A stretch of 63,687 bases of DNA, the filler included, from Octopus bimaculoides (taxonomy: Eukaryota): the NCBI RefSeq assembly GCF_001194135.2. It is 6 parts of 5 records of this genome, joined end to end, with 100 filler letters (N's around TTAATTAATTAA, not from the genome) between each part and the next. Parts side by side here need not be neighbours in the genome. Positions count along the whole stretch, not along the records: positions 22,345 to 53,421 come from NC_068982.1; 5 more parts are not named here. One strand, given 5' to 3'. A model generated the notes under the pieces. That model had not been told where the DNA came from. It saw only the letters and a list, made by a program, of their open reading frames with translations, and did not search any database. Position 1 is the first letter of the stretch. Every line of letters starts with the position of its first letter. Of this stretch, positions 38,035-49,930 are shown in pieces. The position numbers and the translations under genes are program-made.

Positions 38035-40744
38035 ATCAAAATAAGCAACAAGATATCAAGAGGTGATACAGTATGACCGTTTCAAGCAGCTCTATTTAAT
38101 TGAACAATGCAATCATTACATCGATTTAAATGCAGGGCTATCCTCAGTTGCATAAATAGATAAATAGATTTTTTTTAATCAGTTGGACACATTAATATAA
38201 TTTTACTCAAATGCTCTAATAGAGCATGAATAGGGAAAGAGTCCATGTTGCCACTAATGTAGCTAAGAATATACTATACTTCTAAGAACTGTATGAAGTT
38301 TGTTGGGGTCATAGCTTGTAAAAGATTATGGTTCATTTTTAATTTATTAGTCTTATTATCAACTACCAATTCTAAGACTAGAGGACTGTGTCTGTTTAGA
38401 ATGGAGGGCAGGCGTGAGTTGACAGCACATAGCTGGGTATGGTCATAAATATTGTCAGGATTTTAGGATTAGTATAAAGTAACTGTCTATAAATGAGGCT
38501 GGGTAGGGGAAGACCCCAAATCAAGATGTTAATTACCAGTTAAAGGGGCAAGACACTAATGAAACCTATGATGTTAATACAGAGGAAATTATCATGGGGT
38601 TCTATGGATGATTGTATATAAACAATATTGTTATGTTGTATAAAGATAAAATTTAAGATTATTAAGAATGATATTATAACCAGAATAGATAAAATGTGTA
38701 TATATACCAATTTTCAACATTAGAAAGGGAAGATTACATAGAATTAGTTTAATATTCATTCATGTACTTTATTATTTACTTATTAGGTGGTTTCTGTAAA
38801 GACTGCTCTGGGTGTTTACTTATGGAATACCTGAGACAATAAATCATGCTAAACTAAGAATAAAAAAAATTGGAAAAAAGGAAGTTGTGCACAGATACAT
38901 ACACATATTTAACTATGTGCTCACATGGAAATAAACACAAATATTTGTACTTTGTTATGAGTATGTTATAATCAACTCTCATAGACTTAAGTAACTAGAA
39001 GGCTTATAACTCTATTTAAGAATATTAACAACTTATAAGGGATAAGAGGTTGATAGGTGATGGTATGAAAATAAGAAAACAAAATAATAAAAAATTATAG
39101 AGAATAGTAAGAAAATATATATATAACTTACATTTCAAAGAGACTGAGTATTAAAATTTGAGGTAGGGGAGAGATAAAGATAATCCAACAGAAGAAGCAA
39201 TAGGTATGGTAGTAGTGAAGGCAGTAAGGAGGTATTCAGACCGAAGGGGTATTTTATAAGTCATAAAGTTATTGTTATTACATACATGATTTTATAGTTT
39301 CACAGGAGGTATATAATTAGGAGGCTTACTTACATAAAAGCGATTACAAAATACATAAAATGATTAGTAGGGTAGAACATCATAGAAAGGAATAAATAGT
39401 TTAATCACCAAAAACATGATGAAGTCAGACTAACTAGGTAGGATTATTCGTAGGATAGTAACTACATGTAGCATACCATATACTAAACCATATAGCTTAT
39501 AATATATGCAATACACTTTAATTCATCATATAACTCAATATCCCATGATTTTATTATATATAATACTAGGGGGTAAGTTCACATCAGATATGACACTAAA
39601 AATTAATTTTCTCTATCTAGGTTCAAGTGTAGCACCTTTAAATGCTAATTTCGAAAATATTTAAATGTACAGGTGATTCTATGTACACATGATACATATA
39701 TATGTATATATATATATGTATATATATGTGTGTGTATGTATATATATGCATGTATATATATATGTGTGTGTATGTATATATATGCATGTATATATATATG
39801 TGTGTGTGTGCATATATGTATTTATATATGTGTGCGTGTATATATATATATATGTATGTATATATATATATATATATATATAATATAAATAATATATATA
39901 TATATATTATATATATNNNNNNNNNNNNNNNNNNNNNNNNNNNNNNNNNNNNNNNNNNNNNNNNNNNNNNNNNNNNNNNNNNNNNNNNNNNNNNNNNNNN
40001 NNNNNNNNNNNNNNNNNNNNNNNNNNNNNNNNNNNNNATATATATATGCACATATACATACATATATGTACATACCTACATATATATGCTTATATACATG
40101 CATATATGGGTACAAGACATCAAAAAGACATGAAGAAAATGAAAAATGAGAACATAAAACAGACAAAAAAATAAACAAAGAGAGAAATGAGACAGGAAAC
40201 ATAAAGAACAATCCCTTCATCAGTTGTCCCCTGTTTTATCTACTCCATGTTTTGAAGGTTGGGACAGGACGCAACTTCATTAAAACAGTCCTTCCCGCAA
40301 AGCAAATTAAATAAAATTTATTTGTGGAGGGTAAAAAAAGTGGTAACAAAAACAGGCCATTAAGAACAAAACAGTAAAAACAAATGGTGAGGTCTGTTAA
40401 GCCATAATGAGGTGAAGCGGAGAACGCTGGAGAAAGGAGCTATGATAAGAGACAAGGAAAATTAGGTCTTATATCTTGTAAAGCAAAAGGAGAAAAGAAC
40501 GATAGCCGCTGGTCACATGTGAGAAACAAAAGAGTCAAGGAGGAAGAGAGAGGGAGAGAAAGAGAATGGTAAAGGGGGAGAAGAAAAACAGAAAGAAAGA
40601 AGAATAATAGCGATAAAGGGAGAATAGAGGGTGTAAAGTGCGCATCAGAATTATTAAGATAAAACTTACTTGGAAATGGATGCATGGTGTTTGATCATAT
40701 AATAATATAAATAATATATATATATATTCATATATACATACATA

Positions 40745-41092
40745 TGGTGGTTGTCTACTCCTTACAGAGTTTGACCACCTCCTGCACCTACACCTTAGCC
40801 CTTTCATGGCGTCTGATGTGGCTTTTTAAACCAGACAGTATTTTGAAAAAAAAAACACCCACACAAATTGCACCTCTGATTTGCACTACCAATACCTGCA
40901 GGTAAATTCTGCTCATTGTGGATCCTAACATGTCTTTTAAGACCCCCACTGGATTTGCAAGCCCTCTGGCACACACCACATTCAAACGTGTGCACAGACA
41001 TAATCAGAATAGCTGGTTGAAGTTTGTTTACCATGGGTTCGCAGGTGAGATTTGAGGCCAGCCAAAGACAGACATTGTCTGTCACAGACTGT
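40745..41092 (-). mobile_element. RTE-type LINE 3' end encoding three C2H2 zinc fingers (frameshifted)
   Basis: CDRQCLSLAGLKSHLRTH, CGVCQRACKSSGGLKRHVRIH and CNLCG.FFKILSGLKSHIRRH, then a stop and the tail GGTCAAACTCTGTAAGGAGTAGACAACCACC. Confidence 0.7.
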
Positions 41093-41887
41093 ATATACAT
41101 ACATATATGTACATACCTACATATNNNNNNNNNNNNNNNNNNNNNNNNNNNNNNNNNNNNNNNNNNNNNNNNNNNNNNNNNNNNNNNNNNNNNNNNNNNN
41201 NNNNNNNNNNNNNNNNNNNNNNNNNNNNNNNNNNNNNNNNNNNNNNNNNNNNNNNNNNNNNNNNNNNNNNNNNNNNNNNNNNNNNNNNNNNNNNNNNNNN
41301 NNNNNNNNNNNNNNNNNNNNNNNNNNNNNNNNNNNNNNNNNNNNNNNNNNNNNNNNNNNNNNNNNNNNNNNNNNNNNNNNNNNNNNNNNNNNNNNNNNNN
41401 NNNNNNNNNNNNNNNNNNNNNNNNNNNNNNNNNNNNNNNNNNNNNNNNNNNNNNNNNNNNNNNNNNNNNNNNNNNNNNNNNNNNNNNNNNNNNNNNNNNN
41501 NNNNNNNNNNNNNNNNNNNNNNNNNNNNNNNNNNNNNNNNNNNNNNNNNNNNNNNNNNNNNNNNNNNNNNNNNNNNNNNNNNNNNNNNNNNNNNNNNNNN
41601 NNNNNNNNNNNNNNNNNNNNNNNNNNNNNNNNNNNNNNNNNNNNNNNNNNNNNNNNNNNNNNNNNNNNNNNNNNNNNNNNNNNNNNNNNNNNNNNNNNNN
41701 NNNNNNNNNNNNNNNNNNNNNNNNNNNNNNNNNNNNNNNNNNNNNNNNNNNNNNNNNNNNNNNNNNNNNNNNNNNNNNNNNNNNNNNNNNNNNNNNNNNN
41801 NNNNNNNNNNNNNNNNNNNNNNNNNNNNNNNNNNNNNNNNNNNNNNNNNNNNNNNNNNNNNNNNNNNNNNNNNNNNNNNNNNNNNNN

Positions 41888-41928
<41 letters not shown>

Positions 41929-41991
41929 ATATATATATGCATGTATGTATGTGTAAGTATGCATATATATATGTATGTATGTATATATATA

Positions 41992-44900
41992 TGCCAGGTC
42001 ACGTATGAGGCTCTCATAAGTGCTACTGGTAACGTAATCCAGTACAACCTGTTGCATGGTCGGGTAGCCGGTGACTAAACTGGCACCCCCACAAGGGCTA
42101 CCCTGGTGAGGAGGGTTGCTAGAAACCCAACAGGATTAAAAACAAGACCTGTTGAAAGCTCGGATGGACCTAGCGCAGGCTCAACGGCTATCTAGCAATA
42201 GCATGGGTACACAGAAATTCCAGGATGGTGTCCGGCGTGCTGAAAGACCACTGGGAGTGAGGCGCCCCTCAGCTTTTGTTGAAATATGTCTCTAGGAGAA
42301 GGTCACTCTGACATAAAACCAAATATGCAGGGAATGGCATTGGACATTTTGGGGATCTTTGGTTTGTGCTAGAGATCACAGCACTCTCACATCCCTGAGC
42401 CTGCAACTTATATTGGCACCAGACATCTTGCTCCAGCTTGTCTCTAGATAATGTCAATAAAGTGGAGAGGGTCTATGAAATGTTGTGCAAGCCTCATTAG
42501 ACCTAAAACTCAGCACAGACATTGCCGACCTTTGCTCGACATACTCTTTTTACTCTTTTACTTGTTTTAGTCATTTGACTGCGGCCATGCTGGAGCACCA
42601 CCTTTAGTCGAGCAAATCGACCCCGGGACTTATTCTTTGTAAGCCTAGTACTTATTCTATCGGGCTCTTTTGCCGAACCATTTTTTTTTCCTATATATAT
42701 TTATCTTATTTTTAGTATATATTTATCTTATTTTAAGTATATATTTTCTTCATTTTTAGTATATACTTTTATTTTATATATTTTTTTTTATTTGGAAGTC
42801 CTGTGGCGATGGGAAGGTGGTGAAGTATGCAGACCTGACAGGTTGGAANNNNNNNNNNNNNNNNNNNNNNNNNNNNNNNNNNNNNNNNNNNNNNNNNNNN
42901 NNNNNNNNNNNNNNNNNNNNNNNNNNNNNNNNNNNNNNNNNNNNNNNNNNNNNNNNNNNNNNNNNNNNNNNNNNNNNNNNNNNNNNNNNNNNNNNNNNNN
43001 NNNNNNNNNNNNNNNNNNNNNNNNNNNNNNNNNNNNNNNNNNNNNNNNNNNNNNNNNNNNNNNNNNNNNNNNNNNNNNNNNNNNNNNNNNNNNNNNNNNN
43101 NNNNNNNNNNNNNNNNNNNNNNNNNNNNNNNNNNNNNNNNNNNNNNNNNNNNNNNNNNNNNNNNNNNNNNNNNNNNNNNNNNNNNNNNNNNNNNNNNNNN
43201 NNNNNNNNNNNNNNNNNNNNNNNNNNNNNNNNNNNNNNNNNNNNNNNNNNNNNNNNNNNNNNNNNNNNNNNNNNNNNNNNNNNNNNNNNNNNNNNNNNNN
43301 NNNNNNNNNNNNNNNNNNNNNNNNNNNNNNNNNNNNNNNNNNNNNNNNNNNNNNNNNNNNNNNNNNNNNNNNNNNNNNNNNNNNNNNNNNNNNNNNNNNN
43401 NNNNNNNNNNNNNNNNNNNNNNNNNNNNNNNNNNNNNNNNNNNNNNNNNNNNNNNNNNNNNNNNNNNNNNNNNNNNNNNNNNNNNNNNNNNNNNNNNNNN
43501 NNNNNNNNNNNNNNNNNNNNNNNNNNNGAGAGCCATACTTAGAAAAATCCCCTATTCTGATAAAGTCATTCTACTGGGGGATTTTAATGCCAAAGTTGGA
43601 ACAGACTGGCAAACATGGAAAGCTCTCGGACGTTTTGGAGTAGGGAAAATAAATAGCAATGGTCTCATGCTACTGGAGCTTTGCGAAGAACACGGACTTT
43701 ACATTGCAAGCACTCATTTTATGCACAAAGGTGATCACACAACAACATGGATGCATCCAAAGTCCAAAGTTTGGCACTTGCTGGATTATGTCATCATCTG
43801 CAAGTGCGACATTTATGACATTTGTAATGTCAAGTCCTTCCATGGATCGGAATGCTGGACAGACCACAGTCTGGTTTACGAGCAAATTTCCGAATGGTAA
43901 TTAGAGTAAAAGAAAGAACAGGACCAGTTAGCATTCCTCGCCGTCTAAATGTCCACAAGGTATATGATGTTGTGGTTAAGAAAGAATTTCAGACTTGCTT
44001 GTCCAGCATTGAAACTGCTGCAGTATGGGAGGATTTTCGAGACCACGTTCTACAATGTGCAGCCGAAACCCTGGGATATGTGACTGCCAGACACAGAGAC
44101 TGGTTTGACGAGAATGATGCTGAAGTTCAGCAACTATTGGTGGTAAAGTGCCATGCTCACAGTGTATTGCTATACAGAGAACAGTCTACTGTGCAGCAAA
44201 GTTTAGCACTTGCCAACTATAACAGTGTAAAATCACTACAGCAGCGATCTCTCAGGAAGATGCAGAACACTTGGTGGGAAGATCTTGCTCATGATGTTCA
44301 GGCTGCTGCTGATGCAAATGACAGCAAGAAGCTTTACCATCTTATGAAGTGAGCTTATGGACCTAAGAGCTCCACATCAGTTCCTTTGCTTTCCAAGGAG
44401 TCTTCCACCCTGTTTACTAAATCAACAGAAATCACAATTCGCTAGATCGAACACTTCTCTGAACCCCTAAACCATGAGTCAATTGTGGATGAAACAGTGA
44501 TTGATACTATGCAACAAAGACCTATCATTGGCTCTTTAGACTCTTCGCCCTCAATAGATGAAGTAATGACATCAATAAGTAAATTGAATCTTGGTAGGGC
44601 ACCTGGAAAGGATGGAATTTGTGCTGAGGTCTTGCGATTTGGTGGTAATTACATCACACAGTCCCTTCATGAACTTAGTGCAGTCTGGAGGGATGGTGCA
44701 ATCCCTAAGGACTGGAAGGATGCAATTATTCTTCCTCTATATAAAGGAAAAGGAGCCAGAACAATGTGTGGTAACTACAGAGGTATTGCTCTATNNNNNN
44801 NNNNNNNNNNNNNNNNNNNNNNNNNNNNNNNNNNNNNNNNNNNNNNNNNNNNNNNNNNNNNNNNNNNNNNNNNNNNNNNNNNNNNNNNNNNNNNNNNNNN

Positions 44901-46385
44901 NNNNNNNNNNNNNNNNNNNNNNNNNNNNNNNNNNNNNNNNNNNNNNNNNNNNNNNNNNNNNNNNNNNNNNNNNNNNNNNNNNNNNNNNNNNNNNNNNNNN
45001 NNNNNNNNNNNNNNNNNNNNNNNNNNNNNNNNNNNNNNNNNNNNNNNNNNNNNNNNNNNNNNNNNNNNNNNNNNNNNNNNNNNNNNNNNNNNNNNNNNNN
45101 NNNNNNNNNNNNNNNNNNNNNNNNNNNNNNNNNNNNNNNNNNNNNNNNNNNNNNNNNNNNNNNNNNNNNNNNNNNNNNNNNNNNNNNNNNNNNNNNNNNN
45201 NNNNNNNNNNNNNNNNNNNNNNNNNNNNNNNNNNNNNNNNNNNNNNNNNNNNNNNNNNNNNNNNNNNNNNNNNNNNNNNNNNNNNNNNNNNNNNNNNNNN
45301 NNNNNNNNNNNNNNNNNNNNNNNNTTAATCTTCGACGACTTGCTGCCAATTCAAAGGTTCTCCAGTCTATTTGTGACCTCCTTTATGCAGATGACTGTGA
45401 CTTAGTCACTCATAGAATGGATGACATGCAAATACTCATGAATTGCATTTCTGCTTCTTGGAAGGCATTTGGACTTGGCATTAGCCTGGACAAGGCTGTT
45501 GTAATGTTCCAGCCTGCACCAGGAAATCCATATGTGAAACCAGCTATCTTGGTTGAAGGAACAATTCTGAGGGTAGTGGACAAGTTTGTCTACCTGGGCA
45601 GCACACTCAGCCGTTCTTGCTCCCTGGATGAGGAAATATGTTTCAGGTTGCAGAGAGCAACTAATTCCTTCTGGTCTCTTCAGCCTCGTGTCTGGTCCCA
45701 GCATGGCATAGCAAGACAAACAAAAGTTGCTGTGTACCGTGCATGTGTACTGACATAGTTCCTCTACTCATGTGAGACATGGACTCTGTACAAACGTCAG
45801 GTAAGGGTCCTTGAACGCTTTTATAAGAGATGTCTCAGGCACATTCTCAATGTTGGCTGGACCTCAAAAATTCCAGACACACAGATCCTGAGGACAGCTG
45901 ATATCTTGAGCATTGAGGCGATGGTACACAAGAACCGGTTACATTGGAATGAAGGATAGGATTCCTAAGCAGCTGCTATATGGAGAACTTGTGAATGGAA
46001 TGAGACTCTGGCAGAAACCAAGGCTGTGCTTTAAGGACTGTGTCAAGTCCTCATTAAAGGCCTGTGATATGCAGGACACTGACTGGGAGAACAATGCCTG
46101 TCATCGCCATGGATGGAAGAAGCAGTTTAAGAAGGGGGTCGACACTTTTGAGAGAGCACGTATCCAGCATGAAGAACTTAAGCGAGCTGCGCGAAAGCGC
46201 ACGGCTCATATAGTGAATGGAGAAAGCTTAATCTGCAATGTTTGCAGTCGTGTATGCTTATCAAGAGCAGGGCTCATTAGCCACCAACGGAGCCGCAAAT
46301 GCAAAATATAGTTAGTCCTAGAGCGCACAATGTTCCTGAAGGTCGGCAATGGTCTTCCTCAGTCATGAGTGGATGGCCATCATCA
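41992..46385 (+). mobile_element. Near full-length RTE (BovB-like) LINE, decayed, interrupted by a SINE and gaps
   Basis: RTE-like 5' UTR (41992-42530). APE endonuclease (VILLGDFNAKVG, TWMHPKSKVWHLLDYVI, CWTDH). RT (RAPGKDGI, WKDAIILPLYKGKG, NYRGIAL, FVYLGSTLS, RIPKQLLYGEL). C-terminal [20 protein letters not shown] and a CAT tail. Confidence 0.93.
42540..42680. mobile_element. Repeat family H inserted in the RTE 5' region
   Basis: Matches the 25545 copy. Confidence 0.8.
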
Positions 46386-46651
46386 TGTATATATATGTAT
46401 GCATATATATATGTATGTATGTTTATAAGTATGTATGCATATATATATGTATGTATATATATATGTATGCATGTATATATGTATGTGTGTATGTATATAT
46501 ATATATATATGTATGTGTATATATGTATATGTATGTATATACCTATATGTATATTTATATATGTATGTGTAAGTAAAAAAATATGCATGTATGTGTATGT
46601 ATATATATGTATGTGTATGTACATATATATGTATATATGTATATATATATG

Positions 46652-46716
<65 letters not shown>

Positions 46717-46782
46717 GTAGCATGTATATATATATAAAGTACATATATATATGTATATATAATATGTATATATATCTGTATG

Positions 46783-48122
46783 TATAATTATAATCAAGTG
46801 GAGAATGGAGAAACAAACACAAGAAGAAGCAGGTCAATTGGGCTAGTTAGCCGTTGATTTAATTATGTGGTGATTGTATAATGATTCATTGAAGATTGTT
46901 TCAGTGTTCCAAATGGTTTGGCAGATCTCTTCAGAATGTTGAGGTGTATGTTAGAGTTCATGGTGTGAGAGATGCAGGAATAACAGTTAGTGGATATAGT
47001 AATGCATATAGTGGTATAAGAATAGAGTTAGGTAAAGTTAGTCTTACATTTTAGTCGAAGTCATGTTAATAGTCTTTCTGCGAAGGAGAGGTAGGGTGGG
47101 TGCTGTTCAAGCTCGTAGTTCCAATTTTGGTCAAACGCATTCCGCAGGTGTTTGTTTTTAAAATTCGAGCGTGTCTTTGTTTTTTAGCACCGGCGGTGTT
47201 AGTAAAGGGGAGTAACTCTAAGCTTTGGTGAAGAGGGAGCTAACTTTGACCTTAGTAATATTTAATTATACTTATAAAAGGAAAATTCTTTTTTACATAT
47301 TTAATTATACTTGGAAAGTGAAATTTTTTACATATTCAATTATACTTAGAAAATGAAAATTTTGCAGTGTGTAGACAAATTGGGTTATTTTCGTATCGCT
47401 TGTTTAAAAGGTGTGTTGTAGCCGTTAGGATTTTGAGGCGTTCAGTTAGAGGCGTCTGTTAGTTGGGTTATAAGAATTTCCTGTTTTTAGTATATGCCAT
47501 TTTAGTTTGTATGCGATGTTATTGTCCTTTAATTCCCAGATATACCTACTAAGTCCTGTTGAATTTGCCTTTACTCTATTTTTAAAGCTAGATTGGTGTT
47601 CATTGTATCTGAGGTGTATTTGGTTTTTCGTGGCACCGATGTAAGATCTAATATGGCCGTTTGATTGTACGTCGCATTGGTAAACTACATTTTCGGTCTT
47701 ACATCTATTGGAGAAATTGCATTTATTCCTATCTCTACAGCTACATAAATTATAAGGGGTGTCTATGTCTGTATGTTGTTGTGTTGCCCTATTGTTTTTT
47801 TGGTGTGTGTCTCTGCTAACAAGGGGTGTTGGATTAGGGTTGGGGTTTGTTCTATTAGTCGGACGGTTGTTAGTTTGGTTGTTCGTGGTCTTTCTAGCTA
47901 CATAGAATGCATCTAATTTTTGTATTCTTAATAGATGCTATGATGTTTGCTAAGTTACATGTCAGGCTGTGGCCGATTCTGATTTTGTTCTTGGCACATC
48001 GAAACGATCGTCAATGAATCATTATGCAATCTCCACATAATTAAATCAATGGCTAACTAGCCCAATTAACCTGCTTCTTCTTGTGTTTGTTTCTCCATTC
48101 TCCACTTGATTATAATTATATA
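46783..48122 (-). mobile_element. Penelope-like element (GIY-YIG fragment) with inverted pLTR segment at its 5' truncation
   Basis: Minus frame gives CSCRDRNKC..VVYQCDV..YIGATKNQ..YNEHQSSFKN..LSRYIWELKDNNI..KWHIL. Also, 46783-46902 is the reverse complement of 48001-48122. Confidence 0.9.
46887..46938 (-). ncRNA. Decayed hammerhead in the Penelope pLTR
   Basis: CATT, CTGAAGA, GATCTGCCAAA/CCA/TTTGGAACACT, GAAA, CAATCT, TC, AATG. The intact 3' half is preserved at 47990-48016. Confidence 0.65.
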
Positions 48123-48287
48123 CTACGGTTTAAACGATAAATTACCTACCTCTGGATACCTTCTAACAAAGATGGTACCCACACAANNNNNNNNNNNNNN
48201 NNNNNNNNNNNNNNNNNNNNNNNNNNNNNNNNNNNNNNNNNNNNNNNNNNNNNNNNNNNNNNNNNNNNNNNNNNNNNNNNNNNNNNC

Positions 48288-49440
48288 CATTTTGAGCGTG
48301 GCCGTTGCCAGTACCGCCTGACTGGCCTTCTTGCCGACGGCATGTAAAAGCACCCACTATACTCTATGAGTGGTTGGCGTTTAAGAAGGGCATCCAGCTG
48401 TAGATACTTTGTCAAATGTTGTGCGTGAGAAAACCCAGCAAGCCAATTGAGATCTAAATCTAAGGCCTCAGCCAGTCCACTTAGGCGTACCTTCCTTCAT
48501 TAGACACTAAAGTCCACTTGCGACGACCTGTTGAGGCAAGTGAAATCGAAATCGAGTTAAATTGGACACGAAACTCAGCTTGCGAAGACTTATTGGGGCA
48601 AGCGAAAGTGAATTTGTGATGGCACCTGTGCCCAGCATTGCCTTTCTGGCACTTGTGCTCGTGGCATGTCTAAGGACTTTCAAGCAAGATCGTTGCCAGT
48701 GCCCCTGGACTGGCTCTTGTGCGGGTGGCACATAAAATACACCATTTTGAGCGTGGTTGTTGCCAGTATCGCTTGACTGGCCTTCGTAGGATTTTCGAGC
48801 GAGATCATTGCCAGTGCCCCTGGNNNNNNNNNNGTTGTTGCCAGTATCGCTTGACTGGCCTTCGTAGGATTTTCGAGCGAGATCATTGCCAGTGCCCCTG
48901 GACTGGCTCTTGTGCAGGTGGCACATAAAATACACCATTTTGAGCGTGGCCGTTGCCAGTACCGCCTGACTGGCCTTCGTAGGATGTTTGAGCGAGATCG
49001 TTGCCAGTGTCCCTGGACTGGCTCTTGTTCAGGTGGCACATAAAATACACCATTTTGAGCATGGCTGTTGCCAGTATCGCTTGACTGGCCTTCGTAGGAT
49101 TTTCGAGCGAGATCATTACCAGTGCCCCTGGACTGGCTCTTGTGCGGGTGGCACATAAAATACACCATTTTGAGAGTGGCCGTTGCCAGTAGCACCTGAC
49201 TGGCCTTCGTGCGTGTGACACGTAAAAGCACTCACTACACTCTCTGAGTGGTTGCCGTTAGGAAGAGCATCCAGCCGTAGAAACTCTGCCAAATCAGATT
49301 GGAGCCTGGTGTAGCCNNNNNNNNNNGAAACTCTGCCAAATCAGATTGGAGCCTGGTGTAGCCATCTGGTTTCACCTGTCCTCAGTGAAATCGTCCAACC
49401 CATGCTAGCATGGAAAGCGGACGTTAAGCGACGATGATGG
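48288..49440 (+). mobile_element. RTE-type 3' UTR repeat (family C) containing a 115-bp minisatellite (about 48689-49207)
   Basis: GACTGGCTCT recurs at 48901, 49016 and 49131 (period 115); ends with GGACGTTAAGCGACGATGATG. Confidence 0.88.
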
Positions 49441-49453
49441 TATATATATATAG

Positions 49454-49599
49454 ATTTAGTAAATAGAATAAAACACATATGTTAAATGAATTCTTTCATT
49501 TCCAACATATGTTTCAAAGGTATAATTTGTAATCTTTGAAACATATGTTGGAAATAAAAGAATTCATTTAACATATGCCTTTTACTCCATTTACTAAAT
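49454..49599. repeat. 146-bp palindrome (about 66-bp arms, 14-nt spacer)
   Basis: CATATGTTAAATGAATTCTTTCATTTCCAACATATGTTTCAAAG / CTTTGAAACATATGTTGGAAATAAAAGAATTCATTTAACATATG. Confidence 0.92.
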
Positions 49600-49749
49600 T
49601 CATATATTTACTCAAGTACCCAAAATAACAAGAAGTTTCAACCTCATAAACAGGAATTACACCACAGTCATTTTGCGATCTTTGCTACCCTAGTATCTAT
49701 TAACCAATTTATTTTGTCCGAGTTAATTATTAACTAAGAGAAAATAAAT

Positions 49750-49780
<31 letters not shown>

Positions 49781-49930
49781 AAAATATATATATAAATATA
49801 TGTATATTTAGATGTATATATATAAATATATGTATATATAAATGTATATATGAATATATGTATATATAAATATGTGTATATATAAATGTATATATGAATA
49901 TATGTATATATAGATATTTGTATATATATT

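Noticed and set aside
38100-39630. Confident NUMT call
   Set aside because: No diagnostic mitochondrial gene motif or tRNA could be verified by eye. Kept only as an open finding.
40788-41092. Host C2H2 zinc-finger gene
   Set aside because: No TGEKP linkers, frameshifts between fingers, and an RTE-like tail immediately after the stop.
48689-49207. CRISPR-like array (regularly spaced palindromic repeats)
   Set aside because: The spacers are themselves repeated, the context is a eukaryotic retroelement UTR, and there are no cas genes.
48766-49361. Short direct duplications across 10-N gaps (48824-48833, 49317-49326)
   Set aside because: These are typical unmerged contig overlaps, not real duplications.
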